Of a DNA stretch of 64,000 nucleotides, positions 52,942-62,684 are shown one piece after another; within the stretch, counting starts at the first letter, position 1; every line of letters begins with the position of its first letter. Origin of the DNA: Candidatus Gastranaerophilaceae bacterium (lineage in GTDB: Bacteria > Cyanobacteriota > Vampirovibrionia > Gastranaerophilales > Gastranaerophilaceae). The stretch spans positions 186,449 through 250,448 of the forward strand of contig CBFGCD010000001.1 of the NCBI GenBank assembly GCA_965647125.1, given 5' to 3'. The notes under the pieces are model-generated. The model was not told the origin of the DNA and ran no database searches. It was given only the letters and a program-made list of their open reading frames with translations. The position numbers were made by a program, and so were the translations under genes.

Positions 52942-55563
52942 TTATTTCATTTCGTCTTTAAATTGTTTGATTATTTGATTTTTTGATTTACCTTCTTGTA
53001 AAAGTTCTTTTGCTTCATCCATGGTGATTGAAACACCCTCTTTATAACCTTGCATTACTGTGCTCCAAGCATCATCCTGTAATTTTGCTTTGTCGCTTTC
53101 AGGGCCTTTGAGGTCATCTTGTAATTCAACGCATTTATCAACAATTGCTTCGGCACTTAAGTTTCCGTTTTGGACATAGAAACCGTGAGCTTGTTCCATA
53201 TCAACAATTACACCTTTTTTGTTTGCAATTGAGCGGATTTCGCTTTGCAGGCTGCCCCAGTTAACTGCTTGAGAGTTTGCTTGCGCTTCGTTTCCTGCTT
53301 GAATAACTTGCGCGTTGGTGTTGTCTTGAATTCTGTTTAATGCTTGATTGTAGCTTTCTTTATTGTCGCCTGCGATTTTTTCAACATTTAAAACCATTGC
53401 GGAATCTTTTATAAATTGGTCAAATGAAGCATTTTTAGCCGAGAATTTATCAACATTATTATCAACAATACTTTCAATATCGTTTTGGCTGAATCCTATT
53501 TCAAGTTTTTTGCCGTAACTTGCGCCATAAACTTTGTTCATATATGTTGTTGTTTCATCTTTTCTTGTTGCGGTTACATCTTTATTATTCATTTTGAAAG
53601 TCAGCTTGTCGTTGAATAATGCGGAATTGTTAATGTCAATCTTGCCTGTAGCATTATTAACTTCGTCTTCTTTTACTTTTGTTAAATCAATTTCAGATAT
53701 TCCCATTGATTTTGCGGATTGGATTGTGTAGTTAAGATTTGTAGTGGTTGAAGTATCTGTTACTGTTGCATTATCTTCAAACTCTACACCCAAAAGCTTT
53801 AATTGAGCCAACTCTTCACCTGTCAACTTGCCATCGTTATCAATATCCAGGCTTTGCAAGTCTTCAAGCCAGCTTTTTGAATCTGCTCCGACAAAATCAT
53901 TAGCGCCGCTGAATTTACCGTCTTTGTTTCTGTCAAGCGCAAAGATAAATTCTCTGTTTCCTTGTCTGAATGAAAGCGGGTCGGTTCTTTTGACCGTATC
54001 ATTATTTGCTGTATTGTTGTTTGTCGGTTTGCCGAGCAATTCTTCTTCGGTCTTGCCTGTTCTGTTTGTTTGACCATTCATTGCTTCTTTATAGCCCTGT
54101 GGAGTTTCGCCCCAGGTTGAATCTGTTTTTTGTGCAAATTTTTCTAAAAATTCTGCCGTTTCTTTGTCTGCTGCATTGTTAATTTTAAATTGCGGTTTGC
54201 CATCAGGTCCTATGAAATATTCAATTGCACCGTTGTCTTTGAAGATACCTGTGTCTTTATTAAATAAAGCCCACATTGATTCTTTGAATGAAAAACCGTT
54301 GTCATCAAATATTTTTAAGATTTGTTCGTAATTTTTTGCCAATTCTTGCAATTGCGGGTTGTAAGGAACTCCGTTTGCATCATTTTTAATTGAATTTTGA
54401 GAGTATTTTTCGGCATTTGTCGGGTCGAAATAAATACTTGCGCCTTGATTTGCGTTTGACTTGGGGAATCCGTTTACAAAGTTTATTAATTTGTTGTAAG
54501 CATCTTTGCTTGCTGCATCATGACCATAAGGAACGCTTAGTGCACCTGTATTTTTATCAAGAACAACATTTGCATTTGAAAAATATTTATCAAAGAAACT
54601 TTTTGCTTGATATGCTGTTAAACCTGCATTTTGCATATCTTTTAAAAAGTCGGGATTATTCATTAATGTTGCTAAATCTTGTGTTGCTTTGTTTGCAACG
54701 GAATTTGTATCAACATTAGGGGTTTTTGTATTTGTTAAATATTGTCCATATTTATTTAAGATGTTTTCAAGGGTTGATGTTTGATTTTTGACATCGTTAA
54801 CTGCGCTGTTTTCGTTTGAAACAGTGTGTTTTTCGGCGACATCTGTTACAACGTCAACTTTTTTAAGTGAATAAATCGGAGTGGCTGAATCAAGGTCTGA
54901 ATTTGTATAGCTTCCTGAAACTTTTCCGATTTGAGCAATTGATTTTGTTAAAATATTCATAGCCGAAGTTGTTGAAACATATTTTGCTTGAAGCATGTTT
55001 CTTTCATCAATCAAGCTTGTAATATTTTTAATCATTGAATCAAGAGCTGTTTTTTTGTTGTCTAAATTAGCTAAAATTAACTGGATTTCGCCTGCTAAGG
55101 ATGTATTTGTTGCATCTTTAATTCTTTTTCTGATTTCGCCTGAAACTTGGTCTTTATCAATTCTTCCGCGTCTGAATGAGGTCATTACATCATTTACGAT
55201 GTATGAAACATCGTCTTTTTGTTGTTTTTCAAGTTGTTTTGATTTTGATTGAGCGCTTAGGGCTAAATTTTCAATATTTTCTGATTCTTTGGCAACTTCT
55301 TTATCTTTTTTTGCCATGCGGTTTTCTAAGTCTTCAATTTGTTTTTCGTATTGTGTTAGTTTTGCTTGAAGAGCTTGTGATTGTTTGTTGATTGAAACTG
55401 TGTCGGCATTTGTTGCGTTGTTGTCATTAGTTCTTACAAACATTTGTAATTCTTGTTTGATTGCATTGACGCTTGTGTTTTTGTCAATGCTGCTGTCGTT
55501 CACACCTAAATTGGCAAGTTTTTTGATTAAATTCTCCGCATTTCCCGTATTAAAAACACTCAT
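52942..55563 (-). CDS. large orphan protein (873 aa) with N-terminal coiled coil and an EF-hand/dockerin-like Ca-binding pair
   Basis: Clean 2.6-kb ORF with no signal peptide. Coiled coil QALQAKLTQYEKQIEDLENRMAKKDKEV. DRNKDGKFSGANDF ... DIDNDGKLTGEEL (DxDxDGxLxxxE loop). N/T/D-rich. Sigma-28-type promoter upstream. Confidence 0.65.
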   Translation of the reverse strand: MSVFNTGNAENLIKKLANLGVNDSSIDKNTSVNAIKQELQMFVRTNDNNATNADTVSINKQSQALQAKLTQYEKQIEDLENRMAKKDKEVAKESENIENLALSAQSKSKQLEKQQKDDVSYIVNDVMTSFRRGRIDKDQVSGEIRKRIKDATNTSLAGEIQLILANLDNKKTALDSMIKNITSLIDERNMLQAKYVSTTSAMNILTKSIAQIGKVSGSYTNSDLDSATPIYSLKKVDVVTDVAEKHTVSNENSAVNDVKNQTSTLENILNKYGQYLTNTKTPNVDTNSVANKATQDLATLMNNPDFLKDMQNAGLTAYQAKSFFDKYFSNANVVLDKNTGALSVPYGHDAASKDAYNKLINFVNGFPKSNANQGASIYFDPTNAEKYSQNSIKNDANGVPYNPQLQELAKNYEQILKIFDDNGFSFKESMWALFNKDTGIFKDNGAIEYFIGPDGKPQFKINNAADKETAEFLEKFAQKTDSTWGETPQGYKEAMNGQTNRTGKTEEELLGKPTNNNTANNDTVKRTDPLSFRQGNREFIFALDRNKDGKFSGANDFVGADSKSWLEDLQSLDIDNDGKLTGEELAQLKLLGVEFEDNATVTDTSTTTNLNYTIQSAKSMGISEIDLTKVKEDEVNNATGKIDINNSALFNDKLTFKMNNKDVTATRKDETTTYMNKVYGASYGKKLEIGFSQNDIESIVDNNVDKFSAKNASFDQFIKDSAMVLNVEKIAGDNKESYNQALNRIQDNTNAQVIQAGNEAQANSQAVNWGSLQSEIRSIANKKGVIVDMEQAHGFYVQNGNLSAEAIVDKCVELQDDLKGPESDKAKLQDDAWSTVMQGYKEGVSITMDEAKELLQEGKSKNQIIKQFKDEMK

Positions 55564-55624
55564 GTTCCATTGTCCCTTTCGCAGTTAAAATAAAAACTTT
55601 ATTATATATAAAGGACTTCGGTAT

Positions 55625-55652
55625 TTTTAAGCTTAAACTTTAGGGTTTTTAA
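55625..55652 (-). promoter_or_regulatory. sigma-28 (FliA)-type promoter: TAAAGTTT-12 nt-ACCGAAGT
   Basis: Minus strand reads CCCTAAAGTTTAAGCTTAAAAATACCGAAGTCC, about 60 nt upstream of the 873-aa ORF. Enterobacterial consensus is TAAAGTTT-N11-GCCGATAA. The -35 is an exact 8/8 match, the CCGA core of the -10 is kept, and the spacer is 1 nt longer. Confidence 0.55.
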
Positions 55653-55685
55653 GAGTAATTTTACAAAAATTTACACAAATGTGAT

Positions 55686-56921
55686 TTATTGTGAAATAAA
55701 ACCTTTTATCGCAGATTTAGCAGCAACATAAGGACTTGATAAATAAATAAAACCGTTAACGTTGCCCATTCTGCCTTGGAAATTCCTGTTTTGCGTTGCA
55801 AGACAAATTTCCCCGTCACCCAATATTCCGCCATGTACCCCGACACAAGGGCCGCAGCCTGCGGGCAAGAAATTTGCTCCTGCTTCAAGGAAAATATCCA
55901 ATAAACCCTCTTTGCTTGCTTTTAAATAAACATCTTTGCTTGCAGGGGCAATGATTAAACGTACATCAGGATGGACTTTATTTCCTTTTAATATATTCGC
56001 AGCAATCCTCAAATCTTCAATTCTTCCGTTTGTACAAGTTCCGATAAATACCTGATTTAATTTAACATCACTTAATTCACTTGCAGGTTTTGTATTATCT
56101 ACCGTGTGCGGGCAAGCTACCATTGGAGGGATAATTGAAGCATCAATTTTGATTATTCTTTCATATTGTGCATCTTCATCCATTTTTATTTCTTTAAATT
56201 TATCAATTCTATTGTGTTGTTTTAAATATTCTTCTGTTTTTTCATCTGTTTCAAATAATCCTGCCTTTGCGCCTGCTTCAACTGCCATGTTAGCTAAAGT
56301 AAAACGCTCTGACATAGACATATTTTTGATTGTTTCTCCGCAGAACTCTAAAACTTTATAAGTAGCACCGTCTGCTCCTATAAGCCCGATTAAATAAAGC
56401 ATTAAATCTTTAGAGCAGACATTTTCTTGAAATTTTCCACTAACTTCAATTTTAAAAGAACGCGGAACTTTAAACCAGGTTTTTCCGTAAGCCATTGAAA
56501 CGGCGATGTCGGTTGAACCCATGCCTGTTGCAAAAGCGCCCAGAGCGCCTGATGTACAGGTGTGAGAATCTGCTCCGACAAGGATTTCTCCAGGGTTTAC
56601 ATATTCTTCTATGAGTCTTTGATGACAAACCCCACGCCCGATATCAGATAAAACTGCACCATATTCTTTTGCAAATTCTCTTATTGTATTATGAGCATTT
56701 GATAATTCTTTTCTTGGTGATGGTGCTGCATGGTCAATAAAAAGGATAGTTCTTTTCGGGTTTTTTAAGGGTTTATTTAATTTTTTGAATTCTTTAATTG
56801 CTAAAGGCCCTGTGCCGTCTTGCGTTGCACAAACATCAATGTTTGCAATTACAAGTTCATCAAATTGAACTGTGTGATTTGAGTGGTTTGACAGAATTTT
56901 TTGTGCTAATGTAAGACCCAT
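55686..56921 (-). CDS. aconitase-family dehydratase large subunit (LeuC/HacA-like), copy 1
   Basis: ATG 56921 with GAGGAA SD. GADSHTCTSGALGAFATGMGSTD, FIGTCTNGRIEDL, AGCGPCVG (3 cluster Cys), NRNFQGRMG. About 411 aa, archaeal/short LeuC type. Confidence 0.8.
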   Translation of the reverse strand: MGLTLAQKILSNHSNHTVQFDELVIANIDVCATQDGTGPLAIKEFKKLNKPLKNPKRTILFIDHAAPSPRKELSNAHNTIREFAKEYGAVLSDIGRGVCHQRLIEEYVNPGEILVGADSHTCTSGALGAFATGMGSTDIAVSMAYGKTWFKVPRSFKIEVSGKFQENVCSKDLMLYLIGLIGADGATYKVLEFCGETIKNMSMSERFTLANMAVEAGAKAGLFETDEKTEEYLKQHNRIDKFKEIKMDEDAQYERIIKIDASIIPPMVACPHTVDNTKPASELSDVKLNQVFIGTCTNGRIEDLRIAANILKGNKVHPDVRLIIAPASKDVYLKASKEGLLDIFLEAGANFLPAGCGPCVGVHGGILGDGEICLATQNRNFQGRMGNVNGFIYLSSPYVAAKSAIKGFISQ

Positions 56922-57070
56922 GGGATTTTCCTCTATTTTATATCTACAAAATAAGTATATTAAAAACAAGTTTTAATTAAAAGCTTTTGTTAATCTCCAT
57001 TAATTATATGATAACAAATTTATTGATTTTTAGGATAATAAAGCAATAAATTAGGAGTTTTATAACAAAA

Positions 57071-57844
57071 ATGGATATAGCAGCTTTAATCGGTTCAATA
57101 TTTGGGCTTGGATGTATATTGTTAGGACAGGCGCTTGAGGGTGGTAATATCGGACAATTGCTTCAAATTACCGCAGGTTTTATTGTAATCGGCGGTACGG
57201 CAGGGGCTGTTTTTTTAAGTTTTCCGATTGAAGATTTCAAAACTGCTCTAAAGTGTATTCAAATGGTGTATTTTGGAAAAACTCCGAAATTTGAAACAAT
57301 AATTTCAGAAATTGTCGGCTATGCTCAAAAAGCCAGAAAAGAGGGTGTTATCATTCTTGAAAAAGAAGCAAGAAATGCTTCTCATCCTCTTTTAAAACTT
57401 GGTCTTGAAGCTGTGGCAGACGGTGCTGATCCTACTTTGGTGCGTGATATGATGGAAACTCATTATGCGCAATATCAGGAAAAAATACTTGCAGGGGCGA
57501 AACTAATGGAATCTGCGGGTGGTTTTTCTCCGACTCTGGGTATCATCGGGGCGGTTTTGGGTTTGATTCAAGTAATGCAAAACCTTTCAGACCCCGCAAA
57601 ACTCGGCGCAGGGATTGCGGTTGCGTTTGTTGCTACGGTTTATGGTTTGGTTTTGGCTAATCTTTTTATGATTCCTTATGCGACACGTTCTAAACGTAAA
57701 TTTGCAAAAGTTTTTGTTTCTATGGAATTAATGATTGAGGGGATTTTATCTATCCAGGCAGGCGAATCTCCTGCTTTAATAGAGCGCAAGCTTGAATGTT
57801 ATATAATTGATGAAAAACCTGCTAAAAACGAGGCTAAAGCTTAA
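57071..57844 (+). CDS. motA: flagellar stator protein MotA/PomA
   Basis: 257 aa, 4 TM. C-terminal GIIGAVLGLIQVM...GIAVAFVATVYGLVLANLFMIP plug/channel region is typical of MotA. Confidence 0.85.
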   Translation: MDIAALIGSIFGLGCILLGQALEGGNIGQLLQITAGFIVIGGTAGAVFLSFPIEDFKTALKCIQMVYFGKTPKFETIISEIVGYAQKARKEGVIILEKEARNASHPLLKLGLEAVADGADPTLVRDMMETHYAQYQEKILAGAKLMESAGGFSPTLGIIGAVLGLIQVMQNLSDPAKLGAGIAVAFVATVYGLVLANLFMIPYATRSKRKFAKVFVSMELMIEGILSIQAGESPALIERKLECYIIDEKPAKNEAKA

Positions 57845-58821
57845 TGGCAAGAAAAAAACCACCTGAAGAACATGAAAATCTGGAGCGTTATTTAGTTTCT
57901 TATGCTGATTTTATGACGCTTCTGTTTGCAACATTTGTTGTTTTATATGCTTTAGCACAAACTGACGTCAACTCTTTCAAAGGGATTGAAGAAGCGCTAA
58001 GAAAAGCTTTCAGTCAGAGTATTTTTGAAAATAGCGATAAAACCATACTTGATGGCAAAGATTCAATTTTAGACGGTCAAGACGGACAAACAAACCCTCT
58101 TATGCTTGAATATATGAGTCAAAAATACGAGCAAAGTTCTTTTGAAGAAATTAAAGAAAAAATCGACAAAATGAAAGACTCCGGAATTTCTGCCGAAATT
58201 GATGAAAGAGGACTTGTTATTCGTCTTGATAATCATGCTGTACAGTTTTTATCAGGTTCTGCCGATATTGTTCCGCAAACTTTAAAAACGCTTGAAACTG
58301 TCGGCAAGTTAATTAAACAAAAATTCTCTATACACTTTATTCAAGTTGAAGGTCATACGGATTCTGACCCTGTTTCTAATGTTAAATATCCATCAAACTG
58401 GGAGTTATCTTCTGCGCGCGCTGCTGCTGTTATCAGACATTTAATTACAACCCAAAGTTTTAATCCAAAGGTTTTTATTTGTGTCGGTCTGGCAGATACA
58501 GTTCCTGCAAGCGAAAATACAAACAGTGTTAACAAAGCAAAAAACAGACGTGTTGAAATTGTTATTTTAAGAAATAAAAATAAATTTTTATCAAAGAAAA
58601 ATATGCAGCAGCTTTTAAATGAAGTTCAAGCGGAAAAAAACAAGCAAAATAAAACGCAAACCACTAGAGAAAGCTTGGAAAAATTGTTTAAAAATGACAG
58701 AGAAACACTTAAAAACGTTATTGATTTAAAAGACAGTTATGAAGCAGAAATTAAACGTCTTGAGATGATTGAACAGGAAAATTATACCCATGATGGTCTA
58801 AAACCTGAATTTATGGAATAA
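57844..58821 (+). CDS. motB: flagellar stator protein MotB (OmpA-like C-terminal domain)
   Basis: YLVSYADFMTLLFATFVVLYAL (conserved Asp in TM). GHTDSDPVSNVKYPSNWELSSARAAAV. NRRVEIVIL. Overlaps the motA stop (TAATG). Confidence 0.85.
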   Translation: MARKKPPEEHENLERYLVSYADFMTLLFATFVVLYALAQTDVNSFKGIEEALRKAFSQSIFENSDKTILDGKDSILDGQDGQTNPLMLEYMSQKYEQSSFEEIKEKIDKMKDSGISAEIDERGLVIRLDNHAVQFLSGSADIVPQTLKTLETVGKLIKQKFSIHFIQVEGHTDSDPVSNVKYPSNWELSSARAAAVIRHLITTQSFNPKVFICVGLADTVPASENTNSVNKAKNRRVEIVILRNKNKFLSKKNMQQLLNEVQAEKNKQNKTQTTRESLEKLFKNDRETLKNVIDLKDSYEAEIKRLEMIEQENYTHDGLKPEFME

Positions 58822-58841
58822 ATAGAACAAGCAGGATTATT

Positions 58842-60029
58842 ATGAATAAAAATGAATATTTTATAATTTTTGGCGGCGGCGGAATAAGAGGGCTTGCATA
58901 CAGCGGGGCTTATAAAGCTTTGATTGAAAATAACATAGTTATGACAGGGTGTGCAGGAAGCTCTATTGGTGCTGTTTTTGCTTCTTTATTGATTGTCGGA
59001 TATTCTTATGATGAAATTTATGAATTATTAGAAAGCACAGGTTTCAGCCTTTTTAAAGATATAAATATTGATATTACAAAAGAAATTGCGCTTTCAAAGG
59101 GTAATATTTTTTATGATTGGATAAAAGAAAAAATTGAAAAAAGATTCTACGGAAACGCTTATATTAAAGGCGAGATGAAACCTGTTACTTTTGCTGATGT
59201 TGAGCGGAAACTGCTTATTTATTCCGTTGATTTAACAAATATGAAATATAAAGAATTTTCATATCTTCAAACGCCTGATTTTGAAATTGCGCAGGCAGTT
59301 CGTGCAAGTGTTTCCATGCCGGGTTTATTTTCACCAATTGAAATCGATAATGTGCTCGTTGTCGATGGCGACCTTTTGAAATCCGCGCCTTTGTGGAGAT
59401 TGACAAACACAATTAAAAATCTGGATGAAAGGATTATTGAATTTCGTCTTGAAGATAATCAAACCGTTCGCAAACTTTCTAATCCTATTGAGTATTTGAA
59501 CCGTGTTTATAATGCCATTTGCGGTTTTGCGACAGATTATATAATCGATCTTTATTCACAAAAAGACAAATTTGATTATATTAAAATTGATACGCCAAAT
59601 GTTTCTGTTGTTGATTTTTTGATTCCAAAAGAAAAAAAACAAGAGCTCTTTGATATCGGCTACAATATTACAAACCAATATTTCAAAAATATTTATCCTT
59701 ATAAAACAAGATTATTGTGTGAAAAATATAAAAAGCTGTTAAAGCTTGTTTCAAAATTTGAAAAAGAATTTAACAAGAAAAACTTAGTAAAATCATATTT
59801 AAGATTGTGTGAAATTTTTGTTTATTTGTGCGAAGAAAAACAAAATTTAGATACAAAAATTTATGAAATGATTTTGAAATTAAAAAATGAATACAGCGCA
59901 AATTATTCTTCAACTAACTTTTTCTTTATAAAATCCGCTTCTGTCAAAAACAAGGATTTTGTTTCTGAAAAATTGCTCGAAATTATAAAAGAAATTTCAA
60001 TCAAGGTAGAAGAATTGACAAACAGATAG
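58842..60029 (+). CDS. patatin-like phospholipase
   Basis: FGGGGIRGLAY (GGxR), GCAGSSIGAV (GxSxG), VVDGDLL (DG of the dyad). Confidence 0.85.
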   Translation: MNKNEYFIIFGGGGIRGLAYSGAYKALIENNIVMTGCAGSSIGAVFASLLIVGYSYDEIYELLESTGFSLFKDINIDITKEIALSKGNIFYDWIKEKIEKRFYGNAYIKGEMKPVTFADVERKLLIYSVDLTNMKYKEFSYLQTPDFEIAQAVRASVSMPGLFSPIEIDNVLVVDGDLLKSAPLWRLTNTIKNLDERIIEFRLEDNQTVRKLSNPIEYLNRVYNAICGFATDYIIDLYSQKDKFDYIKIDTPNVSVVDFLIPKEKKQELFDIGYNITNQYFKNIYPYKTRLLCEKYKKLLKLVSKFEKEFNKKNLVKSYLRLCEIFVYLCEEKQNLDTKIYEMILKLKNEYSANYSSTNFFFIKSASVKNKDFVSEKLLEIIKEISIKVEELTNR

Positions 60030-60040
60030 TTTGTTTTAAA

Positions 60041-61408
60041 TTAATAAGTTCTATAGATTGCTGTTATAAGGTCGTTTTCAAAATTTTTCAAAACAGCTTT
60101 GCGTTTGCTTGAATTTTGTACAATTGTACAAAAAATTATCTTTTTATTCTTTTTTGTTGTTAAAGTTCCGATTAGCGCAGACATATTGGATAGAGTTCCT
60201 GTTTTTGCTTTTAAATTATTTTCTAAAAAAGACATTCTGTTTTTTAGTGTACCTTGGTTTGCGCTTGCCATTAGCTTTGAAACATTTGTTTCTTTATCAA
60301 GATTATTGAAAATTTGAACAGCAGATTTAGCACTTATTAAATTGTATCTTGAAACCCCTGAGCCATCTGCGATTTTTATGTATTCGTCATCAAGAGTTTT
60401 GTTGATTTCATAAAACATATCAATAGCATCTTGTGCAGTTGCAGGATGTGAATAGTTGATGTGTTTTGCTGCTGCCGTTCTGAAAACAATTTCTGATGTA
60501 AAAGAATCGGATGAGAGGAGAATTTTTTGTGAAATTTCTTCAATATTATGATTAACCGAGGCGATTTTAGCTGCGTTTTTGGGACATTTTTTTGCTGTTA
60601 TTTTTTTTGTGTAATTAATTTGATTTTTGTTTAAGGCTTTGTTTAGTTTGATGTTGAAATTGATTTCAGGTTTTAAAACAGGTAAATCAAAGATAACATC
60701 TTTATTAATTATTCCTGAAAATTTAACAATTGATGAATTTTCTCCGTATAATCTTTCAATATTGATTTCTTGAGCTTTAGAATTATCTAAATCAAGCTCA
60801 AGTTCATTTATTATCGGCAATTTGTACTCATCATCCTGTAAAATATCAATTTTTGTTGCCAGGCTTGAGCGTTTTATTGCGATTTTTGAATAATTATTAT
60901 CAATAATATAAGGTGTAATCAATCTTGCATGAGGCCAGATGTCATCCTGCATCCATCCCGAGGGATAGGGGAGAAATTTATTCATTATAGAATCATCAAT
61001 ATAAAAATTATTGATTTTTGCAAAATTTATCTTGTTTTTCGCTTCTTTAAATAATTCTACCAAATCATTAGTAGACAAAAGCGGGTCTGCGCCGAGTTTC
61101 AAATAAAGATCGTTGTTTATTTTATATAAAGTTGTTTCAAATTTATAATCCACCCCCAACACCTTGTAACTTGTTGCAAAAGAGAGCAGTTTTAAGGTGC
61201 TTGCAGGGTTTAGAAGTTTGAGTTCATTTTTTTTGTAAATTTCTTTATTTGTATTTGCATCTATCACATAAATACCCATAGATGACCTTAGCCCCAGGTC
61301 GGATTTTGCAATTACTTTATCTATTGTTTTTGCACTTGCGCTCAAAAACATAAAACAAACAAATATTAAAAATGAAATAATTTTTACAAAATTTTTTGAT
61401 TTTCCCAC
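60041..61408 (-). CDS. dacB: D-alanyl-D-alanine carboxypeptidase/endopeptidase, PBP4 (S13) family
   Basis: Signal peptide IISFLIFVCFMFLSASA. ASTLKLL (SxxK), DGSGVSRYN (SxN), AKTGTLS (KTG). GTG start 3 nt after the leuC-like stop, with GAGGA SD. Confidence 0.8.
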   Translation of the reverse strand: MGKSKNFVKIISFLIFVCFMFLSASAKTIDKVIAKSDLGLRSSMGIYVIDANTNKEIYKKNELKLLNPASTLKLLSFATSYKVLGVDYKFETTLYKINNDLYLKLGADPLLSTNDLVELFKEAKNKINFAKINNFYIDDSIMNKFLPYPSGWMQDDIWPHARLITPYIIDNNYSKIAIKRSSLATKIDILQDDEYKLPIINELELDLDNSKAQEINIERLYGENSSIVKFSGIINKDVIFDLPVLKPEINFNIKLNKALNKNQINYTKKITAKKCPKNAAKIASVNHNIEEISQKILLSSDSFTSEIVFRTAAAKHINYSHPATAQDAIDMFYEINKTLDDEYIKIADGSGVSRYNLISAKSAVQIFNNLDKETNVSKLMASANQGTLKNRMSFLENNLKAKTGTLSNMSALIGTLTTKKNKKIIFCTIVQNSSKRKAVLKNFENDLITAIYRTY

Positions 61409-61411
61409 GTT

Positions 61412-62683
61412 TTATAATTCCTCAACGCTTCCAATTCTGCCTAAAACCGCACTCGCTGCAGCAATATATGGGCTTGCAAGATAAATTTTAGAATCAATAT
61501 GTCCCATTCTGCCGACAAAATTCCTGTTTGTCGTTGAAACACAGACTTCCCCATCGGCAAGAATTCCGCAATGTCCTCCAAGGCAAGGGCCGCAGGTCGG
61601 GGTTGAAATTGCGCCGTTTGCTTCAATTATTGTTTGATAATATCCAAGTTCAATTGATTTTAAAACAATGTCTTGTGTGGCAGGAAAAACAATTAAACGC
61701 ACATCAGGATGAACTTTTCTTCCTTTGAGGATTTGTGCTGTCATTTTAATGTCTTCCAGTCTGCCGTTTGTACAGCTTCCGATTACAACCTGGTTTATTT
61801 TAATATTGTCTTTTATTGCTTCTTTAATTGTGTGTGTATTTTCGGGCAAATGCGGATAAGCAACAACAGGCTCGATTTTTGAAGCATCAATTTCAATAAT
61901 TTGTTCATATTTCGCGTCCTCATCGCTTTTTAAAATCAAAGGTTCGCGCAAAGAGCGGTTTTTGAGATATTCAATTGTGATTTCATCAGGCTCAATTATT
62001 CCGTTTTTTGCTCCTGCTTCAATCGCCATATTGCAAAGGGTAAAACGTTGATCCATTGACATTGTCTTAAAAGTTGAACCGCAAAATTCCAATGTTTTAT
62101 ACAAAGCTCCTGCAACGCCGATTTTGCCAATCAGATGCAAAATTAAATCTTTTGATGTTACATATTTTTGAAATTCACCCTCAACAATTACTTTAATTGT
62201 TTCAGGCACTTTTAACCAGGTGACACCTGATGCCATTGTGCATCCAAGGTCGGTCGAACCGACACCTGTTGAAAAAGCCCCCAGGGCTCCGTATGTACAT
62301 GTGTGCGAATCAGCGCCTATTATCAAATCTCCCGCGGTCACAATTCCTTTTTCGGGCAAAAGAGCATGTTCAATACCCATTGTTCCGACATCAAATTTGT
62401 GTTGAAGATTTTGTTTTTTTGTAAATTCTCTTAAAATTTTTGCCTGAATTGCTGATTTTATGTCTTTATTTGGCACAAAATGATCCGGAACAAGAACAAC
62501 TCTTGAATTATCGAAAACTTTTTCAACGCCCGTTTTTTCAAAAACTTCAATTGCTAAAGGCCCTGTTATATCGTTTGCAAGAGTAATATCAACGCGCGCT
62601 TCAATAAGCTCGTTTGGTTCTACGTAGTCTTTGTTTGAATGATGTGCAAAAATTTTTTGCGTTATTGTCATTGGTTTAGACAT
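61412..62683 (-). CDS. aconitase-family dehydratase large subunit (LeuC-like), copy 2
   Basis: ATG 62683 (MSKPMTITQKIFAHHS). GADSHTCTYGALGAFSTGVGSTD, IGSCTNGRLEDI, PTCGPCLGG, NRNFVGRMG. Confidence 0.8.
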   Translation of the reverse strand: MSKPMTITQKIFAHHSNKDYVEPNELIEARVDITLANDITGPLAIEVFEKTGVEKVFDNSRVVLVPDHFVPNKDIKSAIQAKILREFTKKQNLQHKFDVGTMGIEHALLPEKGIVTAGDLIIGADSHTCTYGALGAFSTGVGSTDLGCTMASGVTWLKVPETIKVIVEGEFQKYVTSKDLILHLIGKIGVAGALYKTLEFCGSTFKTMSMDQRFTLCNMAIEAGAKNGIIEPDEITIEYLKNRSLREPLILKSDEDAKYEQIIEIDASKIEPVVAYPHLPENTHTIKEAIKDNIKINQVVIGSCTNGRLEDIKMTAQILKGRKVHPDVRLIVFPATQDIVLKSIELGYYQTIIEANGAISTPTCGPCLGGHCGILADGEVCVSTTNRNFVGRMGHIDSKIYLASPYIAAASAVLGRIGSVEEL

Positions 62684-62684
62684 T

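Noticed and set aside
56978-57004. TAAA-N15-CCATTAAT upstream of motA as a second sigma-28 promoter
   Set aside because: The CCGA core of the -10 is missing (CCAT). It is too weak to call without a genome-wide motif model.
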